Shown piece after piece: positions 9,266-18,988 of a DNA stretch of 64,000 nucleotides. This DNA is from Chloroflexota bacterium. Its GTDB lineage: Bacteria; Chloroflexota; Dehalococcoidia; Lucifugimonadales; UBA2985. A program made the position numbers and the translations under genes. A model generated the notes under the pieces. The model saw nothing but the letters and a program-made list of their open reading frames with translations. It had not been told where the DNA came from and ran no database searches. Position 1 is the stretch's first letter, and each line of letters begins with the position of its first letter. The stretch is from contig JAQBZZ010000004.1 of assembly GCA_027622595.1 (NCBI GenBank), positions 575-64,574 of the forward strand, in the 5' to 3' direction.

Positions 9266-10813
9266 ATGCCAAGAAGACCAAAAAAAGAACTAGACGAGCT
9301 AATAGATGAGCTTACCGAAGAGGAGGGACCGTCCTCCGATAACATGATGACGGCAGGGGGCTCTGATATAAGCGAAAGCGCTAAAGCGTTGGGCATCGAC
9401 ACCTCAGAGCCACAGGGCGACGGCGAAGCGGATGGACGATCTCTGCCAACCTCCCTGGTCAAGGAGGAGTTGGAGGAGATTGCCGCCGAAGGTGAATTAG
9501 AGGTTGAGGTGGAGCCCGACCTGGAAATCCCTGACATGATAGACGACCCCGTCCGGATGTACCTCAGGGAGATAGGCAGGGTACACCTTCTGACCGCCAA
9601 GGACGAGCGGACACTTGCGCGCCAGATGGAGTGCAGCATACAGATCAAGAGCCTTGAGAAGGAGCTAACCATCCAGGACGGTTGGCCCCCGAAGGCCTAC
9701 GAAATAGTCCTCCTACTGCTCCGGCGTCTTGGGCAGGCCGCGTCCTTGACGGATGCCCTGGCAAAACGACTGGAGATGTCCGGAGCCATGAGCCTCTGGC
9801 ACCTGCGTTCAGACCCGGAAGTCATCACCACCATAGATGGCGAGATAAATCTGGAGATGGTTGCGGACTTGGAAATCGAGTTGGAATATCCCGCCGAGGA
9901 ACTGCGGAGGGATCTCCTTCACTTGTCCGTCAACAGTCGCATAGTACCCCCGGACGTATTCGACATAATTGGAGAGGAAACCCCCCTTCACAAGCTGCCG
10001 CAAATCCTACAGGACTCGGAGTTCATCAGGGACATCAGGGTACGAGAGGTCAGCCTGAGGGCCAACCTGGACGGAGTCGTTGAAGCGGGTACAAAAGCAC
10101 AGCGGCACCTGGCGGAGGCCAACCTTCGGCTGGTGGTGAGCGTTGCAAAGAAGTACATCGGCCGGGGCATGTCCCTGTTAGACCTGGTCCAGGAAGGGAA
10201 CATTGGTCTCATCCGTGCCGTGGAGAAGTTCGACTACCGCAAGGGATTCAAGTTCAGCACCTACGCCACCTGGTGGATTCGCCAGGCCATAACCAGGGCC
10301 ATAGCCGATCAGGCCAGGACCATCCGTATCCCCGTTCACATGGTGGAGACAATCAACAAGCTCATGCGTACCAGCCGACGGCTGGTGCAGGAGTTTGGAC
10401 GAGAGCCGACCAGCGAAGAGATCGGCCTTGACATGGAAGTCACCCCTGAAAAGGTGCGGGAAATCCTCAAAATCTCCCAGGAGCCGGTGTCTTTGGAGAC
10501 TCCCATCGGAGAGGAAGAGGATAACCATCTGGGGGACTTCATTGAGGATAGAAGCGCCATCGCACCCGCGGACGCCGCCTCCTACCAACTCCTGAAGGAG
10601 CTGGTGGAAGATGTTCTGGAAACCCTCAACCTCAGGGAGCGCCGTGTCCTCCAGTTGCGCTTTGGCCTTGAGGATGGCCGCAGCCGCACCCTGGAAGAAG
10701 TCGGAAGAGAGTTCGGCGTTACCCGCGAGCGTATCCGGCAGATTGAGGCCAAGGCGTTACGGAAGCTCCGTCACCCCTCACGTTCCAGAAAGCTCAAAGA
10801 CTTCCTGGAGTAG
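9266..10813 (+). CDS. rpoD: primary RNA polymerase sigma factor (sigma-70)
   Basis: [11 protein letters not shown], the region 2 sequence [39 protein letters not shown], and a region 4 HTH are present. It follows dnaG, as in the canonical operon. Confidence 0.95.
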   Translation: MPRRPKKELDELIDELTEEEGPSSDNMMTAGGSDISESAKALGIDTSEPQGDGEADGRSLPTSLVKEELEEIAAEGELEVEVEPDLEIPDMIDDPVRMYLREIGRVHLLTAKDERTLARQMECSIQIKSLEKELTIQDGWPPKAYEIVLLLLRRLGQAASLTDALAKRLEMSGAMSLWHLRSDPEVITTIDGEINLEMVADLEIELEYPAEELRRDLLHLSVNSRIVPPDVFDIIGEETPLHKLPQILQDSEFIRDIRVREVSLRANLDGVVEAGTKAQRHLAEANLRLVVSVAKKYIGRGMSLLDLVQEGNIGLIRAVEKFDYRKGFKFSTYATWWIRQAITRAIADQARTIRIPVHMVETINKLMRTSRRLVQEFGREPTSEEIGLDMEVTPEKVREILKISQEPVSLETPIGEEEDNHLGDFIEDRSAIAPADAASYQLLKELVEDVLETLNLRERRVLQLRFGLEDGRSRTLEEVGREFGVTRERIRQIEAKALRKLRHPSRSRKLKDFLE

Positions 10814-10826
10814 TCCACAGGACACG

Positions 10827-12098
10827 TCAACTCCCGTCTAAAGAATGGGTTCTTACAAACTCTTCTTCAGACATACTGGCGGCGGCGGCCAACCCCGCCA
10901 ACATCTCGGGATCATCCAGGTCCCGTCTCTCCAAGCGGATCATGTACTGCCTGGCGGTAATATAGTAATCGGAGTCGATGTCCACCACACGCACCAGAGT
11001 CCTACCCGTGGTTGGGTCGCGCAACTCCGGTAGAGGCAAGGCCCGCAAACTGCCATCCTCTATGCAGATCATTGCTCCGTGCAGTAACTCTTCGTTTCGC
11101 TCGTCCATAAGGCAACGTACCGCCCCGTAACCCAGAGTGCGTGTATAGTCGATGTCGAAGGGGACGGGTGCCGCCGAACGGAGTCCGTAGCCGAGCGTGG
11201 ATTCCACAATCGGCAGCACCTCACCCCGTTCGGCAAACCTCTTCTGTACTTCTCTACGGATGATGCTGGCCAGCGGTATTTCTTCAAGACGAATGTGCCC
11301 ATATGGGTCGTGTGCCACCACCACGCCTGGAACCCTGGACAGCTCTTCAGGGTCGATCTTGGCGCCTATACCCTCGGCGACGATCACCATGCCATGCTTC
11401 TGACCCATGACCCGCCGCTTGAGGATTGCACCCTCGATAACCCTGGAAACCTCGTTCAACGATAGGGTCGGCTTGGAGAACTCCTCCGGGATTATGGTGA
11501 TGGTGGCCCCCGCCGCCTTGCCTATGCCAAGAGCCAGGTGTCCCGCGGTGCGTCCCATCACCGCCACCAGGTACCAGCGATTTGTGGTGCGTGAGTCTTC
11601 CATCAGGTTGAGCACAACCTGAGTGCCAACCTGCCGAGCGGTCTCAAAGCCGAAGGTGGGCATGCCGCTTAGTAGTGGCAGATCGTTATCTATGGTCTTT
11701 GGGACATGTACCACCCGCACTGAGCCGGAGGACGCATCGGCCACCTCGGAGGCTCCAAAGGCGGTATCATCGCCGCCGATGGTGATGAGATAGCCGATGC
11801 CGAGTTCGCTGAGGGTCTGCACTACCTGGCCCGGGTCTTCCGTACGCTTGGTGGGGTTGGCCCGTGAAGTGCGCAGTATTGAGCCGCCCTGGAAGTGAAT
11901 GCGAGAGACATCGGAGATGGACAATGGCCGTATCTGGTCGGTGCGGCCCGCTATCAGGTGTTCAAAACCATCGTAGATGCCAACCACCTCAAGGCCCGAG
12001 TTGATAGCTTCGATAGTGGCGGCGCTGATAACGCTATTTATTCCCGGCGCGGGCCCGCCTCCCACCAGGATTCCAAGCTTTTTGGTAGTCATGTTCAT
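10827..12098 (-). CDS. pfp: 6-phosphofructokinase, probably pyrophosphate-dependent
   Basis: GILVGGGPAPGIN, TIGGDDT and PKTIDND are present. The Asp in GGDD and the Lys in PKT are the residues that distinguish PPi-type from ATP-type PFKs (GGDG and PGT). I trimmed the start to the ATG at 12098 (MNMTTKK). Confidence 0.8.
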   Translation of the reverse strand: MNMTTKKLGILVGGGPAPGINSVISAATIEAINSGLEVVGIYDGFEHLIAGRTDQIRPLSISDVSRIHFQGGSILRTSRANPTKRTEDPGQVVQTLSELGIGYLITIGGDDTAFGASEVADASSGSVRVVHVPKTIDNDLPLLSGMPTFGFETARQVGTQVVLNLMEDSRTTNRWYLVAVMGRTAGHLALGIGKAAGATITIIPEEFSKPTLSLNEVSRVIEGAILKRRVMGQKHGMVIVAEGIGAKIDPEELSRVPGVVVAHDPYGHIRLEEIPLASIIRREVQKRFAERGEVLPIVESTLGYGLRSAAPVPFDIDYTRTLGYGAVRCLMDERNEELLHGAMICIEDGSLRALPLPELRDPTTGRTLVRVVDIDSDYYITARQYMIRLERRDLDDPEMLAGLAAAASMSEEEFVRTHSLDGS

Positions 12099-12195
12099 AT
12101 AATTTTTCCTAATCCAGGTCAGTTCAACATATTTGGGACTGCATACCACTCAACATGGAAGAGATAAAGAATACCGACCGCGGGAACCATTGAAG

Positions 12196-12271
12196 TGGTA
12201 CCCCAGACAGGACTCGAACCCGTAACCTACGGCTTAGAAGGCCGTCGCTCTATCCTTTGAGCTACTGGGGC
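12196..12271 (-). tRNA. tRNA-Arg (anticodon TCT)
   Basis: A 76-nt cloverleaf folded by hand gives GCCCCAG-TA-GCTC/AAAGGATA/GAGC-G-ACGGC/CTTCTAA/GCCGT-AGGTT-ACGGG/TTCGAGT/CCTGT-CTGGGGT-ACCA. The CCA end is encoded. The 1-72 pair is G-U. Confidence 0.85.
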
Positions 12272-12331
12272 ATGATAGCGCATCCATTTTAGCAACTGTG
12301 AACCGAGTCGCCAAGGGCTGGGGGTTAACCC

Positions 12332-12823
12332 CTAGTCATCTGAAGATGTGCTCACCCTGTGCACAGTCAGGCCACCGACTCCTATGTGGCTGATATCCTC
12401 AATGCTCAGCCGGCCAATGGCCCCGTCGGTGGTGAAATGCTTCTGTACCAGGGTGCCGATTGGCCTCGAGGCCACGAGGGCCGCCAGAGCAACGGAAACC
12501 GCCCTTGGGATATTTCTCCACCGTTGTTCAGTTCCCAGGGCCACAGCACAGGCCAACCCGGTCAACGTCGCAGTAACCAAAAGGTTGGTCCCGCAGTAGG
12601 GCGATATGGCCAGCTCTTCTTCTCCCGTCTTCAGGCGTTCCAGAGCCTCATCCGCTGCACGGGATAGCACGTCGGTTGGCACTTCACCGTAGACGAAAAA
12701 TCCCCACTGCGTGGAGTTGCCTCCCAGAATGCCGCGCTCGTTCAGCTTGGAATGAGCAATGGTTATGGTGGCGTGCTCCAGAGCGTGGTTTTTGCGAATC
12801 CTATTCAGAAAATCCAAATTCAA
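12332..12823 (-). CDS. conserved hypothetical protein (N-terminal NHALEHAT motif, hydrophobic central segments)
   Basis: It is a clean 163-aa ORF with protein-like composition. I cannot name the family securely. Confidence 0.5.
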   Translation of the reverse strand: MNLDFLNRIRKNHALEHATITIAHSKLNERGILGGNSTQWGFFVYGEVPTDVLSRAADEALERLKTGEEELAISPYCGTNLLVTATLTGLACAVALGTEQRWRNIPRAVSVALAALVASRPIGTLVQKHFTTDGAIGRLSIEDISHIGVGGLTVHRVSTSSDD

Positions 12824-12952
12824 AATACTCCCAGTAACCGCAGATGCTCTGCCTCAATGATACCATTCTCTGAAACCATATGCATATTTTGGAATCCTTT
12901 AGAATCCAGAGAGAACCCCGCACACGGAGGAACCCGGCAAGCAATCCCTGAC

Positions 12953-13435
12953 CTAGTCGGCCAGTACGATCTTCCCAAACTCTATTCCGCTCAGAGTGAC
13001 CACGGTGACGATGAGGCCGGCTATGAGCACGCCCAGTGCTATCAGTGGTATTGCTCGACGGGGTGGTATACGGAAAACCCATGCGGCCAGAGAGCCTGTC
13101 CACGCCCCAGTCATAGGCAGGGGTATGGCAACCAGAATAACGAGAGCCAGGGAACCGTACCTCTCGAAGCGGCCGGACTGCACCCGCTGTAAGCGGTTTC
13201 CCTGCCAAACAAGGAGCCGGCCTGCCGGGTTTGGAAAGCTCAACAGTATCCTGGAGAGTCGCTGTAGGCCGGGCACTAAGACCAGCACCGGGACTATGTT
13301 GCCGACCACCGCTATCGGCAGGGCCACATACCAGACGACATCGTATCTGGAGATGGCAAGTGGAATGGCCAGGCGGAGCTCACCAATCGGGGTCATGGCG
13401 GCAACAAATGTCACCAGAAGGTCGAAGAGTTCCAT
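12953..13435 (-). CDS. small membrane protein, putative small multidrug export family (COG2426-like)
   Basis: It has four hydrophobic segments, and the N-terminal TPIGELRLAIPLA resembles the family signature (ELR.AIP). Confidence 0.5.
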   Translation of the reverse strand: MELFDLLVTFVAAMTPIGELRLAIPLAISRYDVVWYVALPIAVVGNIVPVLVLVPGLQRLSRILLSFPNPAGRLLVWQGNRLQRVQSGRFERYGSLALVILVAIPLPMTGAWTGSLAAWVFRIPPRRAIPLIALGVLIAGLIVTVVTLSGIEFGKIVLAD

Positions 13436-13577
13436 CAGTCCCTAAGGATACACGAAGGCGCGTAGCCTGAACAGCAAGCAGCGGGGACATTCGCTGCTGT
13501 TTTCCAATCTATGGTGAATCTGGTATTCTGAGGTGCCTCAAAGCAAACAAGCTGAATTATCAAAAGGTGGTGCACCT

Positions 13578-14351
13578 ATGTATACAATAGACCTGAGTGG
13601 CAAAAATGGAGTGGTATTCGGAGTTGCCAATGAGCACAGCATTGCCTGGCCCATTGCCCGTATTCTCCACCAGGCCGGGGCAAGACTGGCAATCGCCTAT
13701 CAGAACGAGAGGTTCGGCGATCGGGTCTCTCGATTGACGGAATCCATGAAAGACGTGCTGCTCCTGGAGTGCGACGTGTCCAGCGACGAGTCCATAATCG
13801 GAGCCTTCGACGAGATGAAGCAGGAGTTCGGCACCCTGGACTTCATGGTGCACAGCATCGCCTATGCCAACAGGGATGACCTGAAGGGAAACTTCTCAGA
13901 GACATCCCGAGACAGCTTCCTTATGTCAATCGACATCAGTGCCTACTCCCTCATTCCCCTGGTAAGATACGCCGCCCCTCTCATGGAAGATGGTGGAAGC
14001 GTTCTGGCCATGACGTTCCAGGCATCGGAGCGGGTGTTCCCCGGATACAACGTCATGGGTACTGCAAAGGCAGCCCTGGAGAACGAGGTGCGGCAGCTAT
14101 CGCAGGAGTACGGCGACCGGAACATAAGGATAAACGCCGTTTCCGCAGGCCCATTGGAGACCCTGGCATCCCGTGGAATCCACGGTTTTCCGGACATGAG
14201 AAAGATTCACGCGGAGAGGGCCCCTCTGAAGCGCAACATCACCCACGAAGAGGTTGCCAAAACCTCGCTGTTTCTGTGCAGCGACCTGGCCAGCGGTATT
14301 ACAGGGACAATCATTCCGGTGGACGCAGGCTATCACATCATGGGCATCTAG
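13578..14351 (+). CDS. fabI: enoyl-[acyl-carrier-protein] reductase (NADH)
   Basis: GVANEHSIAW, SIAYA and the catalytic Y..MG.AKAALE motif are present. AAGGTGG lies upstream of the ATG at 13578. Confidence 0.9.
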   Translation: MYTIDLSGKNGVVFGVANEHSIAWPIARILHQAGARLAIAYQNERFGDRVSRLTESMKDVLLLECDVSSDESIIGAFDEMKQEFGTLDFMVHSIAYANRDDLKGNFSETSRDSFLMSIDISAYSLIPLVRYAAPLMEDGGSVLAMTFQASERVFPGYNVMGTAKAALENEVRQLSQEYGDRNIRINAVSAGPLETLASRGIHGFPDMRKIHAERAPLKRNITHEEVAKTSLFLCSDLASGITGTIIPVDAGYHIMGI

Positions 14352-14404
14352 CGGCCCTGGCTACCCGTGCGAATCGGCCTCATAGCCTCGGGGGCTAGCA
14401 ACCC

Positions 14405-15358
14405 CTAGTCGAAACGTATCCGGGGGTCCAGCAAGCCGTAGCTTAGGTCCACCAGCAAATTCATCAGTATGATCCACGCTGCGAAGAAGAGTACCAGGGT
14501 CTGCACCACGGGGTAGTCCCACCTGCTCAGACTATAAACCAGGTACTGCCCCATCCCGGGCAGCAGGAAGATGGACTCCAGGATTACGGACCCACCGAGA
14601 ATTCCCGCAGCCTGAATACCAATGATGGTGATTACAGGCAGCATGGCGTTTTTCATGGCATGACGGTATATCACTACGAAGTGCCTGAGACCCTTGGCGT
14701 GGGCAGTCCTGATGTAGTCCTGGCGCAAGACCTCCAGCATAGTGGAACGCATCATCCTGGCCTTGGTGGCCATGGATGACGTGCCCAGCGCGAAAGCGGG
14801 CCAGAAGAACATTCCCAGGTTCTTGACAGGATTGTCGAATATAGAGACATACTCCAGCCGGGGGCTCCAATTAAAGTACATCATCCCGCCAAGGATTATC
14901 ATTGTAGCAATCCAGAAATTGGGAATGGACAAGCCCAACAGGGAGAATATCCGGATGCTATAGTCCGCCCACGTGTCCTGTCTCAGGGCCATGATGATCC
15001 CCGCCGGTATCCCCAGGACGACTGAGATCAGCAAAGTCAGTATCGAAAGCTCTATGGTCAAAGGTATTTTTTGCTTGATCTGTGGCCATATGGGCTTGCT
15101 GTCAACAAGCGAGGTTCCCCATTGTAGAGTGAAGAAATCCCTCATCCAGGTGACATATTGCACAGGGAGTGGCCTGTTTAAGCCTAACTGCTCACGCAGC
15201 AGCTCCGCCGTCTCCGCCGAATAGAATGCGTCCTCGCCTCCCAGAATGACGTCCACCACATCGCCTGGTGCTATGCGCAAAATGGCGAAGACCATCAACG
15301 ACACCAACACAGCCGTAATGCCCCCAAGGTAAAGCCGCCGCAGAGTGTACTGAAGCAT
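14405..15358 (-). CDS. ABC transporter permease, DppB/OppB family
   Basis: The N-terminus MLQYTLRRL...ILRIAPGD and an EAA-like loop (YIRTAHAKGL) are present. No partner permease, ATPase or binding protein lies nearby. Confidence 0.85.
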   Translation of the reverse strand: MLQYTLRRLYLGGITAVLVSLMVFAILRIAPGDVVDVILGGEDAFYSAETAELLREQLGLNRPLPVQYVTWMRDFFTLQWGTSLVDSKPIWPQIKQKIPLTIELSILTLLISVVLGIPAGIIMALRQDTWADYSIRIFSLLGLSIPNFWIATMIILGGMMYFNWSPRLEYVSIFDNPVKNLGMFFWPAFALGTSSMATKARMMRSTMLEVLRQDYIRTAHAKGLRHFVVIYRHAMKNAMLPVITIIGIQAAGILGGSVILESIFLLPGMGQYLVYSLSRWDYPVVQTLVLFFAAWIILMNLLVDLSYGLLDPRIRFD

Positions 15359-15399
15359 GGATACTCCTATTTTTGTCTGACTATATCTACTTCAATCTG

Positions 15400-16353
15400 T
15401 TAAGCGTGTGCTCCGGGAACTGTCATGTTGTCCACTATAGACGTGATAACCTTGGAACCGTCCATTCCACGTGCCCTGGCCTCAGGCGTAAGAATGAGAC
15501 GGTGTGCAAGCACCGCCCCGGCCAGTTCCTTCACGTCGTCCGGGACAACGAACTCGCGACCCCTGATGAGCGCCAGAGCCTGAGAGGTGCGGAACAGGGA
15601 CAACGAACCTCGGTGAGAGGCCCCAAGCACTGTATCCTGGTGCTGGCGGGACGCCTGGGTCAATGAGACTATGTACTGACGCACAAGGGGGTCAACATAG
15701 ATACCCTTGGTCTCCTCCTGCACCAGAATCACCTTCTCCGGCGTCGTGACCGGAGCCACGTCATCAATGGGGTTTTTACTCTCCTGGCGCTCGATAATAG
15801 CCAACTCCTGCTCAAAGCTGGCGTATCCCAGAGTGACCCGAACGGTAAACCGGTCAAGCTCGGCTTCCGGAAGGGGGAAAATGCCGTGGTACTCCACCGG
15901 ATTCAGCGTAGCTATGATGAAGAACGGCCTGTCCAGCTCATAGGTAACGCCGTCCACGGTGACACGGTGCTCCTCCATGGCCTCCAACAGGGCAGCCTGT
16001 GTCTTGGAAGGTGCCCGATTGATCTCGTCTGCCAGGACTACCTGTGTCATAAGAGGCCCCGGCCTGAACTCGAACTCCCCTGTCTTCTGACTGTATATGT
16101 TGACGCCGGTTATATCGCTGGGCAGCAGGTCAGGCACAAACTGGATGCGTTTGAAGCTGCATCCGGAAGAAACGGCTATCGCCTTGGCCAGTGTGGTTTT
16201 CCCAAGTCCGGGCACATCTTCAATGAGCAGATGGCCCTGTGAAAAGAGGGCTACAAGGCTCAGTTCGATAGCCCGCTCCTTGCCCACAATAACGCTCTTG
16301 ATATTGTCCAGCAACTGGTGTGCTATCTGTGATGCTTCGGCTAGTTGGTTCAA
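15400..16353 (-). CDS. MoxR-family AAA+ ATPase
   Basis: Walker A (EDVPGLGKTTLAKA) and Walker B (VLADEINRA) motifs are present, with the typical length of about 317 aa. Confidence 0.9.
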   Translation of the reverse strand: MNQLAEASQIAHQLLDNIKSVIVGKERAIELSLVALFSQGHLLIEDVPGLGKTTLAKAIAVSSGCSFKRIQFVPDLLPSDITGVNIYSQKTGEFEFRPGPLMTQVVLADEINRAPSKTQAALLEAMEEHRVTVDGVTYELDRPFFIIATLNPVEYHGIFPLPEAELDRFTVRVTLGYASFEQELAIIERQESKNPIDDVAPVTTPEKVILVQEETKGIYVDPLVRQYIVSLTQASRQHQDTVLGASHRGSLSLFRTSQALALIRGREFVVPDDVKELAGAVLAHRLILTPEARARGMDGSKVITSIVDNMTVPGAHA

Positions 16354-16417
16354 GCCTTCCTCTCAAAGCGCAAATTTTTGATATTCACCAAGTTTACCAC
16401 GATAGGGCATGAGTATG

Positions 16418-18988
16418 TCACCCAGGGGAAATAGTGGGTTCACCAATCTGCCTCAGGTGGGCCATGAGCGCGCTCTTTATGCGGCGCCATGCCCAAATTA
16501 GACGCAGTTCCTCCATAGCCGTTGGAGCCATGCCTCCATACCGCTGACGCACAAAGCTACTGGATACAAGCTCAACCTCTTCACTGGCCTCTGGAATCAG
16601 CATCGAGAGGCTGTGCGAGAATTCCAGGGCGGTTTGCGATGGAGGCGAGGGAAACCCCAGGAAGGTGGCCAGCCTATGCACTCTTTCGAAGGCCGTTTGC
16701 CCTGTTCCCAATCCACCGTACTGCCGCATCCAAAGAATGCGCATGAGGATGGCTCCAACCACCAAAAAGAGGCCGAATAGGACCCCGCCCATCCCAAGAG
16801 GTGTCCCAAAGTATCGAAGGGGCAGAGCCAGTGGGCCCGACCCTCCCGACAATGGCCCCCCACCAGGATCCATGAGCAGCTCCTCTCCCTCCGGGTCCAA
16901 AAGACCCTCCAGAGCATCCAGTTCCTCTTCCCCGTTTTGATCTAGCAATAGCCCATCACCACTGAATGGGCTTGCAGGGAGGCCGCGTGGGCGGGTAGGA
17001 TAGATTGGTGTAGGCTCGAAGGGCACCCATCCGACGTTGAGGAAGTAGACCTCCGGCCAGGAATGGCTGTCCCGGTCCCTCACCAGGAACCCCTCTTCAT
17101 CAGGGTCGGGTTCTCCAGGGCCAAAGCCCAACACAAGCCGCGTCGGAATCCCCTGGGTCCTGAGCATCATGGCCATGGCCGACGCAAAGTAGTCTCCGTA
17201 GCCTTCCTTGGACTCAAAGAGGAAGTAGTCCACCGTGTCGGCGTCGTGTGGAACGGTCTGAGGAGCAACTGTATACTCAAGGCTTCTCAGATAGGTCTCT
17301 GTAGCTACGGCACTATCATAGATATTGGTCGCTCCAGACACAATGTTGGAGGCCAATACGGATACTCTATCCGGCAGGGAATCCGGGACCTGAAGGTAGC
17401 GCTCAAGTATCCCCAGAGGGTACTGCTCCGGAATGGTACGCAGTGCCTCCTCGCTGACCAGGTTGAACTGGGAGGTAACTCTGTATTGACTGCCGCGCAC
17501 CAACCGCTCAATTGGCTCAATGGAAACGGTAGAGCCTGTCAACTGCGCCCTCACCACCTCCAGGCCCACAATTGTTCCCTGGCTATCGACGGCTTGCCGC
17601 ATATCCGCGTAGTAGGAAGACGAGTCCGGTTCCAGATCAAAGGTGGTCCTGCCGCCCGAAGGCGATAGGTCTTTGACCATCTTGAGCACCAGGATATCTC
17701 CTGGAATCCTCGTCACGAAATTGTTGCCGGGATCGTTCACAAAGGCAGCCAGATTAGAGGCCAGGCTCTGCAAGCCAACGGGTAAATCTCCGTTCTGTTC
17801 CAGGTCGGCCAGGTCTATCTGGTACTTCTTGGAAGCGGGGATGTTCTCCCTGGCATTCGGGTTCAAGAGTACCGGATTTCCAGCCACCAAAAGGTAAGGA
17901 GACGGCACGTACATATCGACCTGGTAAACAACTCCGGATACACCCTCTTCCGATTCATCTATCATCTGTTCAGAGGGTGTAATCACCAGTTGAGACACGG
18001 TATCCCCCACCCTCCACGCCTTGGACGTGTACTGGTCATAGGCTATGGCAGGCCAGTAGAGAGCGTAGCGAGAGTCCGAGAATAGGATGGGGTCGTCAGC
18101 CGTCGGCACAGGCCGAACCAGCGGAAGGATCGAGCCGAAGAAGCGTATGGATGAGGGACTGTAGCCGGGCACGCCGGCGAAGATTCGATAGACCTCGTCC
18201 TGAAAACTGTCCACCACTCTATCCACCGGCTCGAAGGCCCATTCCAGAGGAGCGTCGGGAGTTTTCCAGATGGGAACCATTACGGTAATCCCGAGGATAA
18301 TGGCGCTCAGCCATACGCCATGAAACAGTGACAAACGATGAATCGAGGGTGGATGTGGAGTACCCCTGGCCTGGAGCAGGGAGCGCTGGCTGAGGCTGTT
18401 CATATGCACCAGCATGAGGAGGGCGAAGAAAAGAAAGACGAATAGGTAAACGGAGAACCTGTCCGGCAGGTACGTGAGGTTGATTATGGTGCCCATCCCT
18501 ATTGGCAGAAGAGTCGCCCAGACGTTCCGATGTTTGAAGAGGCCCCAGGAGGTGAAATAGGCCACCATCCAGGTTATCGCTATGACACTGACCGAGAGCG
18601 GTAGGCCATCGGTGGTGGCATCCTCTCCCACTACGGCAGACCACCACTGCGCCAACCTGCCATTCAACTCGCCGAACTTCGAGTACCACTGATCGGCCTC
18701 TATGAGATATATCCCTCCAGCGTAGGCAAGGAAACCCCCTGCCAGGATGGCCCAAAGATGATGCACTCCGCGGTATTCTCCCAAATTGACCAGCAGGATA
18801 GCGGCCAGCGCTGCAAGGAAAGCAAATAGCACAAGAGGCGGAGACTCCACCCACCCGGCGGCCTGCACCGACGCGGCAGCCGTTGTCAACAAGGCCACTT
18901 GAAGCCAGAACGTGATGTCCAGCCCACGCAAAAAGCCCCTTATCCGGTAAATCGGTGACAGGTAGAATGTCCCGGTCTGTAGAGTCAT
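16418..18988 (-). CDS. TgpA-like transglutaminase-domain membrane protein with substituted catalytic residues (DUF4129-like C-terminus)
   Basis: It has N-terminal multi-TM segments. The core FLFESKEGYGDYFASAMAMMLRTQGIPTRLVLGF...DSHSWPEVYF...WVPFEPT aligns to the TgpA-type G.C..FA...GIPAR...H.W.EV...W...DP core, with Gly in the Cys position. I set the start at the ATG at 18988, which overlaps the DUF58 stop (ATGA). Confidence 0.8.
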   Translation of the reverse strand: MTLQTGTFYLSPIYRIRGFLRGLDITFWLQVALLTTAAASVQAAGWVESPPLVLFAFLAALAAILLVNLGEYRGVHHLWAILAGGFLAYAGGIYLIEADQWYSKFGELNGRLAQWWSAVVGEDATTDGLPLSVSVIAITWMVAYFTSWGLFKHRNVWATLLPIGMGTIINLTYLPDRFSVYLFVFLFFALLMLVHMNSLSQRSLLQARGTPHPPSIHRLSLFHGVWLSAIILGITVMVPIWKTPDAPLEWAFEPVDRVVDSFQDEVYRIFAGVPGYSPSSIRFFGSILPLVRPVPTADDPILFSDSRYALYWPAIAYDQYTSKAWRVGDTVSQLVITPSEQMIDESEEGVSGVVYQVDMYVPSPYLLVAGNPVLLNPNARENIPASKKYQIDLADLEQNGDLPVGLQSLASNLAAFVNDPGNNFVTRIPGDILVLKMVKDLSPSGGRTTFDLEPDSSSYYADMRQAVDSQGTIVGLEVVRAQLTGSTVSIEPIERLVRGSQYRVTSQFNLVSEEALRTIPEQYPLGILERYLQVPDSLPDRVSVLASNIVSGATNIYDSAVATETYLRSLEYTVAPQTVPHDADTVDYFLFESKEGYGDYFASAMAMMLRTQGIPTRLVLGFGPGEPDPDEEGFLVRDRDSHSWPEVYFLNVGWVPFEPTPIYPTRPRGLPASPFSGDGLLLDQNGEEELDALEGLLDPEGEELLMDPGGGPLSGGSGPLALPLRYFGTPLGMGGVLFGLFLVVGAILMRILWMRQYGGLGTGQTAFERVHRLATFLGFPSPPSQTALEFSHSLSMLIPEASEEVELVSSSFVRQRYGGMAPTAMEELRLIWAWRRIKSALMAHLRQIGEPTISPG

